Origin: Waterburya sp. | GTDB lineage: Bacteria > Cyanobacteriota > Cyanobacteriia > Cyanobacteriales > Xenococcaceae | DNA length: 64,000 nt | NCBI GenBank assembly: GCA_965217895.1 | Contig: CBDCJV010000002.1 | Coordinates: 3,744,001 to 3,808,000 of the forward strand | Direction: 5' to 3' | Part shown: in pieces, positions 40,378 through 52,480 of the stretch | Layout of the letters: the number at the start of each line of letters is the position of its first letter | Position numbering within the stretch: the stretch's first letter is position 1 | Program-made: the position numbers and the translations under genes | The notes under the pieces: generated by a model | The model's database searches: none | Seen by the model: only the letters and a program-made list of their open reading frames with translations | What the model was told of the DNA's origin: nothing

Positions 40378-41367
40378 ATGTCTTCAGCAACTTTTCAGGA
40401 TAGACAAGTTAAATACTCTATCGTCATTCCCATTTTCAACGAAGAAGCAATCCTACCCGAATTATGGCGACAATTAAGCATAGTCATCGATCAGCTTGAC
40501 GGTTTATGGGAGATCATTTTTGTAGATGATGGTAGTAGCGATAATTCCTATCAGATACTATCAGAATTACACCGTGAACACAGCGAAATTAAAATTCTTC
40601 GCCTCTCTAGAAATTTTGGACATCAACCTGCTTTAACTGCGGGAATTAAAAACGCATCAGGTAATGCTGTGATTTTGATGGATGGAGATCTTCAAGATTC
40701 GCCTCAGACAATTTTAAGATTTATCGATAAATGGCACGAGGGTTACGATGTTATTTATGCTGTACGGGAAAAACGCAAAGAATCTTGGTTGAAAAGATTG
40801 GCTTTTGTATCTTTTTATCGTCTGTTAAACTTCTTCTCAGGACAAAAACTGCCTCTAGACGCAGGTATTTTTTCTTTGATGGATCGTCAGGTAGTAGAAG
40901 CTTTATGCCAAATGCCTGAACGCAATCGCTATCTCAGTGGCTTAAGAGCTTATACAGGTTTCAAACAAACAGGAATTATGGTAGAAAGAGGATCTCGGTA
41001 TAGAGGTGAACCTAAAGTCACTATCACTAAGCTATTTAAATTAGCATTTGACGGCATCTTTTCTTTCTCAATTATTCCTCTAAGGATCGCCACTATCTTT
41101 GGTTTTGTCTGCGCCATTGTGGCTTTTGTACTAGGGTTGATTGGCTTATATTTTAAACTTATTTTGGGTAAGACCTTTTTGTCTTGGACTTACGGATTAA
41201 CCACCACTTTTTTTATGGGTGGAATACAGCTAATCTTTCTCGGAATTATTGGCGAGTATATTGGTCGTATTTATGACGAGGTAAAGCAAAGACCTTATTA
41301 CTTAATCAAAGAGACTCAGGGTTTTAGTAAATCGGAGCAAAGAATACATGAAAAAATTTCCCTTTAA
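40378..41367 (+). CDS. GT2 polyprenol-phosphate glycosyltransferase (GtrB/YkcC-like)
   Basis: VDDGSSD, SRNFGHQ, MDGDLQD, two C-terminal TMs, GEYIGRIYDEVKQRP. Confidence 0.92.
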   Translation: MSSATFQDRQVKYSIVIPIFNEEAILPELWRQLSIVIDQLDGLWEIIFVDDGSSDNSYQILSELHREHSEIKILRLSRNFGHQPALTAGIKNASGNAVILMDGDLQDSPQTILRFIDKWHEGYDVIYAVREKRKESWLKRLAFVSFYRLLNFFSGQKLPLDAGIFSLMDRQVVEALCQMPERNRYLSGLRAYTGFKQTGIMVERGSRYRGEPKVTITKLFKLAFDGIFSFSIIPLRIATIFGFVCAIVAFVLGLIGLYFKLILGKTFLSWTYGLTTTFFMGGIQLIFLGIIGEYIGRIYDEVKQRPYYLIKETQGFSKSEQRIHEKISL

Positions 41368-43093
41368 ATTATTGGCAATTATTCCAGCTTTAATCTTAGG
41401 ACTGTTAGTTTGGAAATATGGGTTAAATATTCTATTTTGGGACGAATGGGATATATTTGGTGCAGATTCAGTTGCACACAATTTAGGCACTCTTACCTGG
41501 GGTGATATGTTTGCCCAGCATAATGAAAGCCGTAATTTTTTTCCTCGCTTATTATCTGCTTATTTCTCTCGCTTTACTAGCTGGAATCCTTACTACGGAA
41601 TGACAGCTAGCATTTTACTTGCTTGTCTGACTTCATTTAATATTTATCATTTAAGCACAATAACTTTAAATAGTACCTGGACAAAGAGACTAATTCTTTT
41701 GGCGATGGCTAATTTATTGATTTTTAGCCCTATGCAATGGGAGAATTGGCTTTGGGGATTGCAGTGGATTACCTTTGTGCCTATTGCTGTAATTACATCT
41801 GCCTTGGCGATTATTTTTTCGCAAAATTCTCTGTTTATTAAATTTCTTAGTAGCTTATTATTAGCAATATTTGCTACCTTTTCTTTTGCCAATGGCATGA
41901 TTAGCTGGATTGTTATTTTTCCAGCCTTAATTTTAGTTACTAGAAAAAGCAAAAGTGCTTTAACCTTGATGACCTCTGGTTGGTTATTTTCGTCTGCTTT
42001 AGCTTTTGCAGTTTATTTTCACAACTATCATCGCCCAGCTAATAGTCCTGGCTTTTTCGATGCCTTGACTCAACCTATTAATGTCATACTCTATTTCTTA
42101 GCATTTCTTGGTTCTCCTTTGGGAGTTAATGACTTAGTTTCCAGCCAAATTATCGGACTTTGCATCCTATTCCTAATTGCTTTAGTTTGTTTCTACTTAA
42201 TCAAAATAAATCGTAGCGAAAAACTTTTATTTCAGGTATTTCCCTGGTTGTGCATTGTTAGTTACACCTTGGGGAGTGCAATTTTGACCACTATGGGCAG
42301 ATTAGGACTGGGAATGGAATTATCGCTTTCTTCTAGGTACATTACCTTTTCTACCTATGCCATTGTTGCTCTAATTTATTTGTTAGCTATTTTGGCAGAA
42401 GATTTAAAGCCTCATTTAAATATTCAAGGCAGTAGATATTTAAAAACGCTGAAAAGAATTATCACTGTATCAATGATCGGTTTTTTGCTACTTTATCCTG
42501 CCAATTTTACCTCAGGTGTCAGTGCAATGGTCGTCAATCATAAAAACAAGCTTTATGCCAAAGCCTGCTTAAGTATGATGTATTTTGTCAAAGATGAGGA
42601 ATGTTTTAAACAATATCTTTTTCCCGATCCTATATTTTTGTCTGACAGGATAGTTGAACTCGATCGCTTGGGCATAATACAGCCGCCTTTAATTCTCAGC
42701 AACACAATGCAAGGAATGACAAGTCCCAGCATTTTTGAGGCAATGAAATACGGTCAGTTTGATGGTATTACTAAAGGTGAAAATAATACCTATATTGCAA
42801 CTGGATGGTCTATTCTTCCTCAATATCGTACTGCTGCTCATGCTGTTATTTTGGCATATAAAACCCCAGATAATCTCGATTATCCCTTTGCTTTAGTACA
42901 ACCTCAGATCGAAAGGTTAGATGTAGCGGCTGAAGTAGGGGACTCAAAATATCAAATTTCAGGCTGGAGCAAGACTTTTCCTCAGGATTTGATTCCCAAA
43001 GACGCAGTTGCAGTAAGTGCTTGGGCTTATGATAGTAGAGTTGGCAGAGCTTATAAAATACAGCTTACCCATCCAGTTAATCCCCTTAAATAG
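41348..43093 (+). CDS. Multi-TM GT-C-like glycosyltransferase with periplasmic C-terminal domain
   Basis: WDEW acidic motif and QHNESR after TM1, about 11 TMs, SSRY motif; overlaps the GT2 stop. Confidence 0.65.
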   Translation: MKKFPFKLLAIIPALILGLLVWKYGLNILFWDEWDIFGADSVAHNLGTLTWGDMFAQHNESRNFFPRLLSAYFSRFTSWNPYYGMTASILLACLTSFNIYHLSTITLNSTWTKRLILLAMANLLIFSPMQWENWLWGLQWITFVPIAVITSALAIIFSQNSLFIKFLSSLLLAIFATFSFANGMISWIVIFPALILVTRKSKSALTLMTSGWLFSSALAFAVYFHNYHRPANSPGFFDALTQPINVILYFLAFLGSPLGVNDLVSSQIIGLCILFLIALVCFYLIKINRSEKLLFQVFPWLCIVSYTLGSAILTTMGRLGLGMELSLSSRYITFSTYAIVALIYLLAILAEDLKPHLNIQGSRYLKTLKRIITVSMIGFLLLYPANFTSGVSAMVVNHKNKLYAKACLSMMYFVKDEECFKQYLFPDPIFLSDRIVELDRLGIIQPPLILSNTMQGMTSPSIFEAMKYGQFDGITKGENNTYIATGWSILPQYRTAAHAVILAYKTPDNLDYPFALVQPQIERLDVAAEVGDSKYQISGWSKTFPQDLIPKDAVAVSAWAYDSRVGRAYKIQLTHPVNPLK

Positions 43094-43332
43094 ACTTGAC
43101 TTATATTTATCATAAATGTGAGTTTGGCGATCGCAATTTGGTCTATAAAGCTAATAAATCTTGCCTATTGGTTTTTGTCTTTCTTATCCCAAACTCACAT
43201 CATATTAATTATTTCTTAATTTTTTTAAGTCAAATTTAAATTTGTAGGTATCCTGAATACAAAATTGCTTAAAAGCAAGCAAAATAAATGAATCTTATTC
43301 AACTGACTTCAATAAACACAAAATAAAATTTC

Positions 43333-44235
43333 ATGTTTAATATTGTTCGTAAAACGGCCAAAATAATATTGCCAAAATCTACGGTGTATAGAATCAAACG
43401 CCAGATTGAGGAAAATCGTTTTAAGCGATATATTCAAGAAAAGCTGGAGTCTAACTATAGCTCAGTCGATCCAGGTGCAGTTCCCCCAAAAGAATTAATT
43501 GGTCAGACTGCTGCACTAAATGAACAGGAATTAGAAAGGCAAAGTAATAGTGATGTTTATTTGGAAACTGGTTATTTTGAGGTTTTGCGCCTATTCAAAA
43601 TCTTAGATCACTTTTCTATTAACCCTAGAACTATTGGTTCAATTTACGAATTAGGCTGCGGTACAGCCAGACTGTTGAGGCATTTTCGCTACATTGACGG
43701 GGTTAGATTAGTTGGGTCAGACGTTAATCCTCAAATGATTGAATGGTGTCAAGCAAATTTACCGAAGATGGAGTTTTATCACAACGAACTTACACCTCCT
43801 CTCGCTTTTGCCGAAGATAATTCCTTTGATTTAATGTTAGCCTCTTCAGTTTTTACTCATATTCCTCTCGAAACCCAAGAATTGTGGCTAGCTGAAATGC
43901 AAAGAATTTTGCGCCCTGGTGGTATATTTATTTGCTCAGTGTTGGGTCAGTTTCACGCTGATGCGCTGTTAGATAGCGAAGAGATGCAGAAGCTGCAAAC
44001 TAAAGGCAACTTAACTCTTACTTCAGATGACTCCCAAGCGACGTATTCAACACGCGTTGGTGGTTCTGCTTGGGATGTTTTTCAAACTCGCGCTGAAGTG
44101 ATTAAAGTCTTTGGTTCGTTTTTCCAGATAGTAGATTATATCCCTGGAGTACAGGATTTTTTAGTCTTATATAAGCCCGATCCTGCGGTTTCTGTGATGA
44201 TAAATTCTGTTCCCTTTCCTGCTCAAAAATATTAA
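43333..44235 (+). CDS. Class I SAM-dependent methyltransferase
   Basis: ELGCGTAR, GSDVN, FDL...SVFTH, RILRPGG. Confidence 0.88.
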   Translation: MFNIVRKTAKIILPKSTVYRIKRQIEENRFKRYIQEKLESNYSSVDPGAVPPKELIGQTAALNEQELERQSNSDVYLETGYFEVLRLFKILDHFSINPRTIGSIYELGCGTARLLRHFRYIDGVRLVGSDVNPQMIEWCQANLPKMEFYHNELTPPLAFAEDNSFDLMLASSVFTHIPLETQELWLAEMQRILRPGGIFICSVLGQFHADALLDSEEMQKLQTKGNLTLTSDDSQATYSTRVGGSAWDVFQTRAEVIKVFGSFFQIVDYIPGVQDFLVLYKPDPAVSVMINSVPFPAQKY

Positions 44236-44425
44236 TAAATTGATTTTCGGATCTTGAGGAGCGATCGCTTTTTTATTCTTGCCAAGATATATTGAATTGA
44301 CGATACATTAGAAATTGCGTCCTAACGCTCTCGACCGTTACTACAATTTGAGGCGAATCGCCAAAAAAATAGCCTGCTTTAGCAGACTAAACATGGGTAT
44401 TATCTCAATAAATCGATCTTTCAGA

Positions 44426-46003
44426 TTATTTGTGGATTAAATCCTCTACTGCGGAAACTTGAATATTATTTGGGGGTATCTGCTGAGCAATAATTGCCGA
44501 TTGCAATATAGGCGTACTGGCAACAGAATTACTGCTTAAAGTAAACAGAGGATTAGATAAAATGCCTGATAAAGAAGTGACTACTGCTGAGATGACAATA
44601 GCTACCTGCAAAGGGCGCATTCCAGGTAATTTCCAGTTAATAGTGGGGTAGTTTTTCACAGATTCAGACATCTCTTGAGGTTCTTTGACTACCATCATTT
44701 TGACCACGCGAATATAGTAGTAAATTGAAATGACGCTGGTAATTAAGCCTAACAACACCAAACCATACAAGCCAGCTTGCCAACCAGCCCAAAAAAGGTA
44801 AATCTTCCCGAAGAAACCAGCCATCGGCGGAATACCACCTAAAGAAAGTAAGCAGATGCTCAAGCAAAGAGTTAGCAAGGGATCTTTTTGATATAAGCCT
44901 GCATATTCACTAATTTGGTCTGTACCCGTGCGCAGCGAAAACAGGATAATACAGGTAAACGCTCCCAAGTTCATAAATAGATAAATGAACAGATAAAAGA
45001 TCATGCTGGAATAACCATTATCAGTACCAGCAATCAGACCAATCATCACAAAGCCAGCTTGAGCAATAGAAGAGTATGCCAACATTCGCTTGATGCCAGT
45101 TTGTGCCAAGGCTACCACATTACCCAAGATCATACTGAGAATTGCCAGAGCAGTAAAGATAAACTGCCATTGATCGCTAAGTGAACCGAATGCTGTTACC
45201 ATTAGGCGAATTGCTAAAGCAAAACCCGCAGCTTTTGAACCTACAGATAGGAAAGCGACTACGGGAGTGGGCGAGCCTTCGTAAACATCGGGTGTCCATT
45301 GGTGAAAAGGTACGGCAGAGATTTTAAAAGCAATACCCGCAATAATAAATACCAAAGAAATAGCTAATCCTAAAGACTGAACACCACTGATGGCGGTAAC
45401 TTTAGTAGCGATCGCCTCAAGATTCGTTTCTCCTCCAGATAAACCGTAAAGTAATGACATTCCGTAGAGGAAAATCGCCGAGCTTGCAGCACCAATGAGC
45501 AAATATTTTAATGCAGCTTCATTAGAGCGAGGATCGCGCTTCATGTATCCCGTCATTAAATACGAAGAAATACTCAGCATCTCTAAAGAAATAAACACCA
45601 TGGTTAGCTCGTTTGCGCCACAGAGAAACATACCTCCTAGAGTAGCGGTAAGCATGATGGCGATAAATTCTGCCAAAGATGTCCCCGACTGTTGAATATA
45701 GCGAATAGACATGGGGATAGTCACCATTGCCGAGAGAGCAACTATGCCCCGAATAACAATGCTAAGGTTGTCACCGTTAAATGAACCAAGAAAAGCGATC
45801 GCATTAGGGTTGTTCCACTGAAAATATAGAGCTACCAGAGTGTTGAACAAACCAGAGATCGCTAAATAGGGCAACCAACGGGAGGAACTACGTCCAAAGA
45901 TTAAATCGCCGATTAAAACACTCATTAGGGTAATAATGACTATGCCTTCGGGTAAAATTGCTCCTGCATGAAGTTGAGAGGCTACACTGCTAGAAAAATC
46001 CAT
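44426..46003 (-). CDS. ndhB: NAD(P)H-quinone oxidoreductase (NDH-1) subunit 2
   Basis: [53 protein letters not shown]. Confidence 0.98.
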   Translation of the reverse strand: MDFSSSVASQLHAGAILPEGIVIITLMSVLIGDLIFGRSSSRWLPYLAISGLFNTLVALYFQWNNPNAIAFLGSFNGDNLSIVIRGIVALSAMVTIPMSIRYIQQSGTSLAEFIAIMLTATLGGMFLCGANELTMVFISLEMLSISSYLMTGYMKRDPRSNEAALKYLLIGAASSAIFLYGMSLLYGLSGGETNLEAIATKVTAISGVQSLGLAISLVFIIAGIAFKISAVPFHQWTPDVYEGSPTPVVAFLSVGSKAAGFALAIRLMVTAFGSLSDQWQFIFTALAILSMILGNVVALAQTGIKRMLAYSSIAQAGFVMIGLIAGTDNGYSSMIFYLFIYLFMNLGAFTCIILFSLRTGTDQISEYAGLYQKDPLLTLCLSICLLSLGGIPPMAGFFGKIYLFWAGWQAGLYGLVLLGLITSVISIYYYIRVVKMMVVKEPQEMSESVKNYPTINWKLPGMRPLQVAIVISAVVTSLSGILSNPLFTLSSNSVASTPILQSAIIAQQIPPNNIQVSAVEDLIHK

Positions 46004-46413
46004 AGAGTTTTTTGAGTACTGTCAGATATAGATACAATTGAACAATTGCTAAAAAAGCGTTACAAAGGATTGTAATCCTCTATTACCTTTTTCTTAAGCT
46101 TATTATGTTTTTGCTTTTTAGAAATCAAGATGTTAACTCTGAGCCAATTTTGGTTATGGTGAAATTAATTAAGCTTTAAGCTTCTAAGCTGAGAACTGGA
46201 TCATATTTTATACCATAGCTAATTAGTTGCATCTTCTGAATGGTGAGCTATGGTGCATAAATAGTCCCAAGCAGAAAAGCCTGTGACTTGAGGCTACTGA
46301 TTAAAACTAGATCAAAACAATATTTGTCGTTTGAGGGATTATAACTATAGATTAGGAAATATATCTCTATAAAAATCAACATCTGCTATTAAACTCACGT
46401 TAACTCCATTTAT

Positions 46414-49104
46414 ATGTCAACATTAGTTATTGTCGAATCTCCTACTAAAGCTCGTACTATTCGTAATTACCTACCTTCTGGCTATCAGGTCGAGGCTTCT
46501 ATGGGTCATGTCCGAGACTTACCCCCCTCAGCCAAAGAAATTCCCCCTGCCTATAAAGACAAGACGTGGGCAACTTTAGGCATCAACATCGAAGATGAAT
46601 TTCAACCAATTTATGTTGTGCCTGAGAAAAAGAAAAAAATAGTCAGAGAACTTAAAACCGCGCTAAAAGTAGCAGATGAACTAATTCTGGCAACTGACGA
46701 AGATCGTGAAGGAGAAAGCATTAGCTGGCATTTATTAGAAATTCTCAAGCCCAAAGTACCTGTCAAACGAATGGTTTTTCATGAGATTACCAAAGAGGCA
46801 ATCCAAAAAGCTTTACGGGATTGTCGTGAAGTAGACCAAGATTTGGTTCATGCCCAAGAAACACGACGTATTTTAGATCGTTTGGTTGGCTATACCGTTT
46901 CTCCTCTGCTGTGGAAGAAAATAGCCTGGGGTTTGTCCGCAGGCAGGGTACAGTCGGTAGCAGTCCGTTTAACCGTAGCTAGAGAAAGAGAACGTCGGGC
47001 TTTCCAATCTGGGGGTTATTGGGATCTAAAAGCAGATTTGGAACAAAACAAAAAGCCTTTTGAAGCTAAGTTAATTACCTTAGATGGTAAAAGACTGGCT
47101 ACGGGTAGCGATTTTGACCCCGACACAGGGAAAATTGCCGAAGGCAAAGACGTAGTATTGCTAAATGAAACTGAGGCAAACCAGCTTAAAGAGCGTATTT
47201 TTGAGCAGACTTGGACAGTAAGCGATCGCCAAGAAAATGCTTCTAAACGTCGTCCTTCTCCGCCTTTTACTACTTCTACCCTGCAACAGGAATCTAACCG
47301 TAAACTGGGTATTTCTGCCAGGGAAACTATGGGAGTGGCGCAAAAACTCTATGAAAAAGGTTTTATTACCTATATGCGGACAGATTCGGTACATTTATCC
47401 CAACAGGCGCTCGCTGCTGCCCGTAATTGTGTAGAACATAAGTATGGCAAAGAATATTTAAGTCCTAAAGCCCGTCAATACAGCACCAAAAGTAAAGGCG
47501 CGCAAGAAGCACACGAAGCTATTCGTCCTGCGGGAGAAACTTTCCGCGTCCCCAAAGACACAGGACTTAAAGACCGCGAATTTAGGCTCTATGATTTGAT
47601 TTGGAAACGCACCATCGCCTGTCAAATGGCAGACGCTCAGTTAACGCAAATTGCAGTAGACGTGAGTGTCGAGAATGCTGTTTTCCGCGCCAACGGTCAG
47701 CGTATTGAGTTTCCTGGTTTTTTCCGTGCCTACGTTGAAGGGTCAGATAATCCTGATGCAGCCTTGGAAGATCGAGAAATACTCTTACCACCTTTGAAAA
47801 AAGGAGACAAACCTGACTGCAAAGAATTAGAGGCGATTGGACACGAAACCCAGCCTCCTGCTAGATACACCGAAGCGTCTTTGGTTAAAACCCTAGAAAA
47901 AGAGGGTATTGGTCGTCCTAGTACCTACGCCAGCGTCATCGGCACTATTGTAGATCGCGGTTATGTGCAGATGCGTGGCAAGGCTTTAATTCCTACTTTT
48001 ACAGCCTTTGCGGTAACTGCCCTGCTAGAAGAACATTTCCCCGATTTGGTAGATACCGAGTTTACTTCTAAAATGGAGCAAACTTTAGATGAAATTGCTA
48101 CAGGTGGTGCGGAGTGGATACCTTATCTTAAAAAGTTCTATCAGGGAAAAACAGGTTTAAAAACCCAAATAGACGTTAAAAACGAGCAAATAGAGCCTGC
48201 AATCGCCAAAACCATCCATCTAGAAAACCTCGATGCTGTAGTCCGTATCGGTAAATATGGTCCATATATCGAAATAAAAACCGAAGATGGAGAGACAGAA
48301 GTATTAAAAGTTTCTATTCCCGATGACTTGACTCCTGCTGACCTTAATCCAGAGCAAATAGAAGCTCTAATTCGTCAGAAGAAAGAAGGACCAGAAAAAG
48401 TCGGTATTCATCCTGAAACTGGTGAACCTATTTATTTTAAAGTCGGTAAATACGGTCCTTATGTACAGCTTGGAGATATGACAGACGAAAATCCTAAGCC
48501 TAAAATGAGTTCGATTCCTAAAAAAGATAGCAAAACTAATGCTACTAAGGATGACGTAACTTTAGAAATGGCAGTCGGTTTGTTATCACTTCCTCGTTTA
48601 TTAGGACAACAACCCGCTACAGGAGGTAAAATTAAGGCTGCTCTGGGGCGTTTTGGTCCCTATGTGGTTCATGAGTTTAAAGGTCCAGAAGACACGAAGC
48701 TACAGCGAGATTATCGATCACTTAAAAAAGAAGATGATGTCTTAACCGTGACCCTAAAGCGTGCTTTAGAACTTTTGGCTGAACCTAAACGCGGACGTGG
48801 TGGCAGTAAAAAAACTCCTCTACGGGAATTAGGCGCGCATCCTGAAGACAAAGAGCCAGTCAATATTTATAAAGGCCCTTACGGCAATTATGTTAAGCAC
48901 GGTAAGATCAATGCTGGTTTGCCCAAAGATGAAACCGTAGAAGAAATAACCCTCGAAAAAGCTCTGGAGTTATTAGCCGAAAAAGCAGCAACTAAAAAGA
49001 CTACCAAAAAGAAAACCAGCACCACTAAGAAAAAGACTACTACAGCTAAAAAGAAAACCAGCACCGCCAAGAAGAAAACTGCTGCTAAAAAAGAAGCGTC
49101 TTAA
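46414..49104 (+). CDS. topA: DNA topoisomerase I with Topo_C repeats and Lys-rich tail
   Basis: [50 protein letters not shown](K/R)(Y/F)GPY repeats. Confidence 0.98.
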   Translation: MSTLVIVESPTKARTIRNYLPSGYQVEASMGHVRDLPPSAKEIPPAYKDKTWATLGINIEDEFQPIYVVPEKKKKIVRELKTALKVADELILATDEDREGESISWHLLEILKPKVPVKRMVFHEITKEAIQKALRDCREVDQDLVHAQETRRILDRLVGYTVSPLLWKKIAWGLSAGRVQSVAVRLTVARERERRAFQSGGYWDLKADLEQNKKPFEAKLITLDGKRLATGSDFDPDTGKIAEGKDVVLLNETEANQLKERIFEQTWTVSDRQENASKRRPSPPFTTSTLQQESNRKLGISARETMGVAQKLYEKGFITYMRTDSVHLSQQALAAARNCVEHKYGKEYLSPKARQYSTKSKGAQEAHEAIRPAGETFRVPKDTGLKDREFRLYDLIWKRTIACQMADAQLTQIAVDVSVENAVFRANGQRIEFPGFFRAYVEGSDNPDAALEDREILLPPLKKGDKPDCKELEAIGHETQPPARYTEASLVKTLEKEGIGRPSTYASVIGTIVDRGYVQMRGKALIPTFTAFAVTALLEEHFPDLVDTEFTSKMEQTLDEIATGGAEWIPYLKKFYQGKTGLKTQIDVKNEQIEPAIAKTIHLENLDAVVRIGKYGPYIEIKTEDGETEVLKVSIPDDLTPADLNPEQIEALIRQKKEGPEKVGIHPETGEPIYFKVGKYGPYVQLGDMTDENPKPKMSSIPKKDSKTNATKDDVTLEMAVGLLSLPRLLGQQPATGGKIKAALGRFGPYVVHEFKGPEDTKLQRDYRSLKKEDDVLTVTLKRALELLAEPKRGRGGSKKTPLRELGAHPEDKEPVNIYKGPYGNYVKHGKINAGLPKDETVEEITLEKALELLAEKAATKKTTKKKTSTTKKKTTTAKKKTSTAKKKTAAKKEAS

Positions 49105-49174
49105 ATTGTAAGTAGTTAATAGTTTATCGCGATCGCGCCTTTGAAAAGCGATCGCCTTTTTATTGAAAGTGAAA

Positions 49175-50539
49175 CTAAACTAGAGATTTGCTAGGTTCAG
49201 AAATATCAGTTGATTTAGTTTTCTCTTCCAAGTTATCAATTACTTCTAGCATTTCTCTTTCAAAGCTTACCTGCGCTCGATTGGTTTTGGCACCGAAGAA
49301 AAAGCTATTGTCCTGTTCTAATGCCCATACTTGAGAATGGGAAAAGTAACTCATCACTACTCCAATCATTAGTAAAGCAAAGCCTGTGTAAACAACAGGG
49401 ACACCAGGATCGGCTTTAATCTGTAAACCAGTGCTGCCGATGATATCAATCAATTTAATATTAATACCGTCAATATCTACACTTTGACCAATACGAATCG
49501 CGCTAGTCAAGTCTCCCTGTTGGTTATAAATCAAAGCTGTTCCCTGCATATCTTTAATGAGCATAGAAACACCAGAACTCATATCGGGTTTGGTAGGAAT
49601 CCAAGTTCCCCAAATATTCCCTGCGCCAAGAGTATCTAACTTGGCTACTGGTAGCTGAAAAATAGGACTGTTGTTTAACTGAACTTGAGCAGCAGCAATA
49701 CTCCAGTTAGTTTGGTAGAGAGTAACGCCATCATAACGCAGAGGTTTATTGACGTGGATAGTTTCACGCTTCAATTCCTCACCGCGATCGCTAATTACTG
49801 AAAGATCGGAGTAGAATTGATCTACGTCCCCGCTTTGAGTATAGTCAATCCAAAAGCGATTCACCTTAACTGACCAATCATCAGGAATATGAGAAGCAGA
49901 TAAAGGTCCTAATTCAATAAAATTCTGAATCTTAAAAGTATTGCCACTAGCAACCATTTCTTGAGCAAAGAAACCTGTAAAGATGCCCCATACCCCGCCA
50001 AGCAATACAATTAACATCCCCGCATGGACGATAATGGGACCAATACGACCAATAATACCTTTACGAGCATAAAGAGCATTATCTTGTTGCCAGACTCGAA
50101 AGTTTTGCTGTTCTAATAAAGATGTTAGAGATTTAATCGAACCCTGGTTTAATTCGGCACTGAGAGCTAATTTCTCAAACTGCTTTGGCTTTTCATAGTA
50201 TTTCCATTTACGGGCAGCTTTTAAGGCGGGTAGCTGACGAGTAAAAGTACAGGCGGTCAAGCTTGCACCAAAGAGAATTAATAAAGAAAGATACCACCAG
50301 GTACTATAAACATGATTTAGACCCCAGGCGAGAATAACTTTCCAGGTTAAAAAACCATATAAAGCAGGAGACTCAGGATAGTTTTGTTGATAAAAAGAGA
50401 GAGTTTCAGCTTGTTCAATTACTGTACCTGAAATGCTGACTATGGCGATCGCCAGTAACAAGATAATAGCTAATTTTAAATTGGCAATGATGCCGACAAA
50501 GCGACGAAATATTGAGCCTGGCTTGAGAAGAAAATTCAT
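49175..50539 (-). CDS. ccsB: Cytochrome c biogenesis protein Ccs1/CcsB (ResB)
   Basis: [38 protein letters not shown]. Confidence 0.93.
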   Translation of the reverse strand: MNFLLKPGSIFRRFVGIIANLKLAIILLLAIAIVSISGTVIEQAETLSFYQQNYPESPALYGFLTWKVILAWGLNHVYSTWWYLSLLILFGASLTACTFTRQLPALKAARKWKYYEKPKQFEKLALSAELNQGSIKSLTSLLEQQNFRVWQQDNALYARKGIIGRIGPIIVHAGMLIVLLGGVWGIFTGFFAQEMVASGNTFKIQNFIELGPLSASHIPDDWSVKVNRFWIDYTQSGDVDQFYSDLSVISDRGEELKRETIHVNKPLRYDGVTLYQTNWSIAAAQVQLNNSPIFQLPVAKLDTLGAGNIWGTWIPTKPDMSSGVSMLIKDMQGTALIYNQQGDLTSAIRIGQSVDIDGINIKLIDIIGSTGLQIKADPGVPVVYTGFALLMIGVVMSYFSHSQVWALEQDNSFFFGAKTNRAQVSFEREMLEVIDNLEEKTKSTDISEPSKSLV

Positions 50540-50776
50540 TATTTATATATTATGGATCAAAAATTAGAGGTATCCAATTTCTTGAAGGTGACTTTTATTA
50601 TGAAATATGATGTAGCGTTTAATTCAACGCTTGCGTTTTGGATGATAGCATCGCCTTGAAAAGCATCTGTCAATGTTCAAAGCTAAGATGTTTTAAGATT
50701 GTTGGTGAGAGCAAAATCTCGAGCAGATTCTTGATTTTAAACTAAAGTTGAACTCAAAAGTTGATAAAGCAAGCTT

Positions 50777-51592
50777 ATGCAAGACTCTAGACAAGAAATA
50801 AATGCCAGAGCTTCTATAGATTTGGAACAGCGAAGGAATTGGTATTCTCCTGTTGCTGATATTTATTACAACGCCAGACCGCAATATCCGAAGGAACTTA
50901 TCGATCGGTCTATCGTTTTAGCTCAACTTTCATCAGATGCGTCAATTCTTGAGGTCGGTTGTGGTCCGGGAAATGCAACGGTTGCTTTTGCTCAATTAGA
51001 TTTTTTAATGACGTGTATTGAGCCAAACCCGAATTTTTATCATTTGGCGCAACGCAACTGTACGCCATATCCAAATGTTGCAATCCACAACACCTCATTT
51101 GAAGAATGGGAACTAGAAACAAAACAGTTCAATGCTATTCTATCTGCCAATGCCTTTCACTGGATATCGCCAGAGATTCGGTATACTAAAGCAGCAGCGG
51201 CATTACGCGACAATGGGTTTCTCATCCTGCTCTGGAATCTGACTCCTGAACCAAAATACGAAGTCTACCAAGCGATTAAGGAAGTGTATCAAGCTTATGC
51301 TCCCTCATTTGTCCGATATGAAGGTGCGGAAATTCAAGCGGAGATTTTGCGGGGATTTGGACAAGAAGTTTTAGACTCTGGTTATTTTAAGGAGTTGGTC
51401 GTCGAGCAAACCGCGTGTGAAGTCACCTATAGCATTGATGATTACCTCAAGCTTTTAAGTACCCATCGGGGACTAGAGCCACAAGCGGAAGAGCTACTAT
51501 TTGCAGGATTGCGGAAGAAGCTAGAAAAAATTGGAGATAGTGTGCAACTCTCGTTTCTTTCCGCTGTTCATGTAGCCCGCAAAGACGGCTAA
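50777..51592 (+). CDS. Class I SAM-dependent methyltransferase
   Basis: Y..ARPQYP, ILEVGCGPGNAT, IEPN, ANAFHWI. Confidence 0.88.
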   Translation: MQDSRQEINARASIDLEQRRNWYSPVADIYYNARPQYPKELIDRSIVLAQLSSDASILEVGCGPGNATVAFAQLDFLMTCIEPNPNFYHLAQRNCTPYPNVAIHNTSFEEWELETKQFNAILSANAFHWISPEIRYTKAAAALRDNGFLILLWNLTPEPKYEVYQAIKEVYQAYAPSFVRYEGAEIQAEILRGFGQEVLDSGYFKELVVEQTACEVTYSIDDYLKLLSTHRGLEPQAEELLFAGLRKKLEKIGDSVQLSFLSAVHVARKDG

Positions 51593-51620
51593 AATCTTGA
51601 GGTCGTTGCATGATAACGCG

Positions 51621-51706
51621 ACAGAACAACCTGGTTGGAGCGGACGTACAAAGTCTCTTCGTCTATCGTCCAAGTTGGTCGATCGTCGCTCAAGCGAACC
51701 TTCACA
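51621..51706 (+). mobile_element. attC-like recombination site (degenerate)
   Basis: ACAGAAC-N-TTGGAGCGGAC ... GTCGCTCAA: arms pair with two extrahelical G; R' end decayed; 28 nt after the methyltransferase stop. Confidence 0.5.
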
Positions 51707-51831
51707 TTAGGAGAAAGTAGTGGCAGGTAAAATATGTTAGATTCGCGTTAACATATTTGCATACGTTCCAGACTATAGAAAGATCGGCTAATATCGATCC
51801 AGAATTCTAGTAAATAAAGATTTTCTCTGTT

Positions 51832-52224
51832 TTACCAGATGACATTTGAATAAAAATCTCGGATCTTTCTATCCCTAGTAATCATTGGTGCGCCGTAATG
51901 ATTAGCCAAGGCGACCATTATTCTATCTACTGGATCTCGATGCGACCACTCCAGATTAACACTTTCAACTAAAAGATCTGCTTCAACTGGGATAATGTCC
52001 ACTACATCTGACTGCTGAACTCTTTTCACATACTTTGATAGAGGAACGCCTAAATCCAGCTTTTGATTCTTTATCTTAATCGCAATTTCCCAGATAGCCA
52101 TTGCCGATGTAATACCATTTTTTGACTGTTCCATTTCTTCAATTGCGATCTTCGCTCTTGTAGATAATTCATCAGGGTCAAGACTCCACCATAGCAGGGC
52201 GTAGGTGTCTAAAATAATAGTCAA
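51832..52224 (-). CDS. vapC: VapC/PIN-domain toxin
   Basis: ILDTYALLWW, WEIAIK, HRDPVDR, TRD acidic tetrad; TTG start overlaps the antitoxin stop (TTGA). Confidence 0.9.
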   Translation of the reverse strand: MTIILDTYALLWWSLDPDELSTRAKIAIEEMEQSKNGITSAMAIWEIAIKIKNQKLDLGVPLSKYVKRVQQSDVVDIIPVEADLLVESVNLEWSHRDPVDRIMVALANHYGAPMITRDRKIRDFYSNVIW

Positions 52225-52448
52225 ATATCTCTCCATTCTTCGGTTGTGGTCGCCGTCGGATCTTCTAGGTATGTGACTCTACCCCGCAGATCTTTGAATA
52301 GATCTTTCGTTGGTGGGGCTTGACTGAATTTCGAGATTATAGCTACAGGTCTACCGCGGTCTGTAACTATAATTTCCTGGTTGTCAGATTCAACCAATCT
52401 TAGGATTTCTAGTAATTTGCTTTTGAGCTTGCTTTTAGAAATATTCAT
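52221..52448 (-). CDS. Phd/YefM family antitoxin
   Basis: MNISKSKLKSKLLEILRLVE...IIVTDRGRPVA; 75 aa upstream of the PIN toxin. Confidence 0.88.
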   Translation of the reverse strand: MNISKSKLKSKLLEILRLVESDNQEIIVTDRGRPVAIISKFSQAPPTKDLFKDLRGRVTYLEDPTATTTEEWRDI

Positions 52449-52454
52449 AGTTTT

Positions 52455-52480
52455 ATAACTATAGTCATAACTATAGTTAT
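52455..52480. promoter_or_regulatory. Tandem palindromic operator of the TA operon
   Basis: ATAACTATAGTC-ATAACTATAGTTAT, the second a perfect 14-bp palindrome, 6 nt upstream of the antitoxin ATG. Confidence 0.6.
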
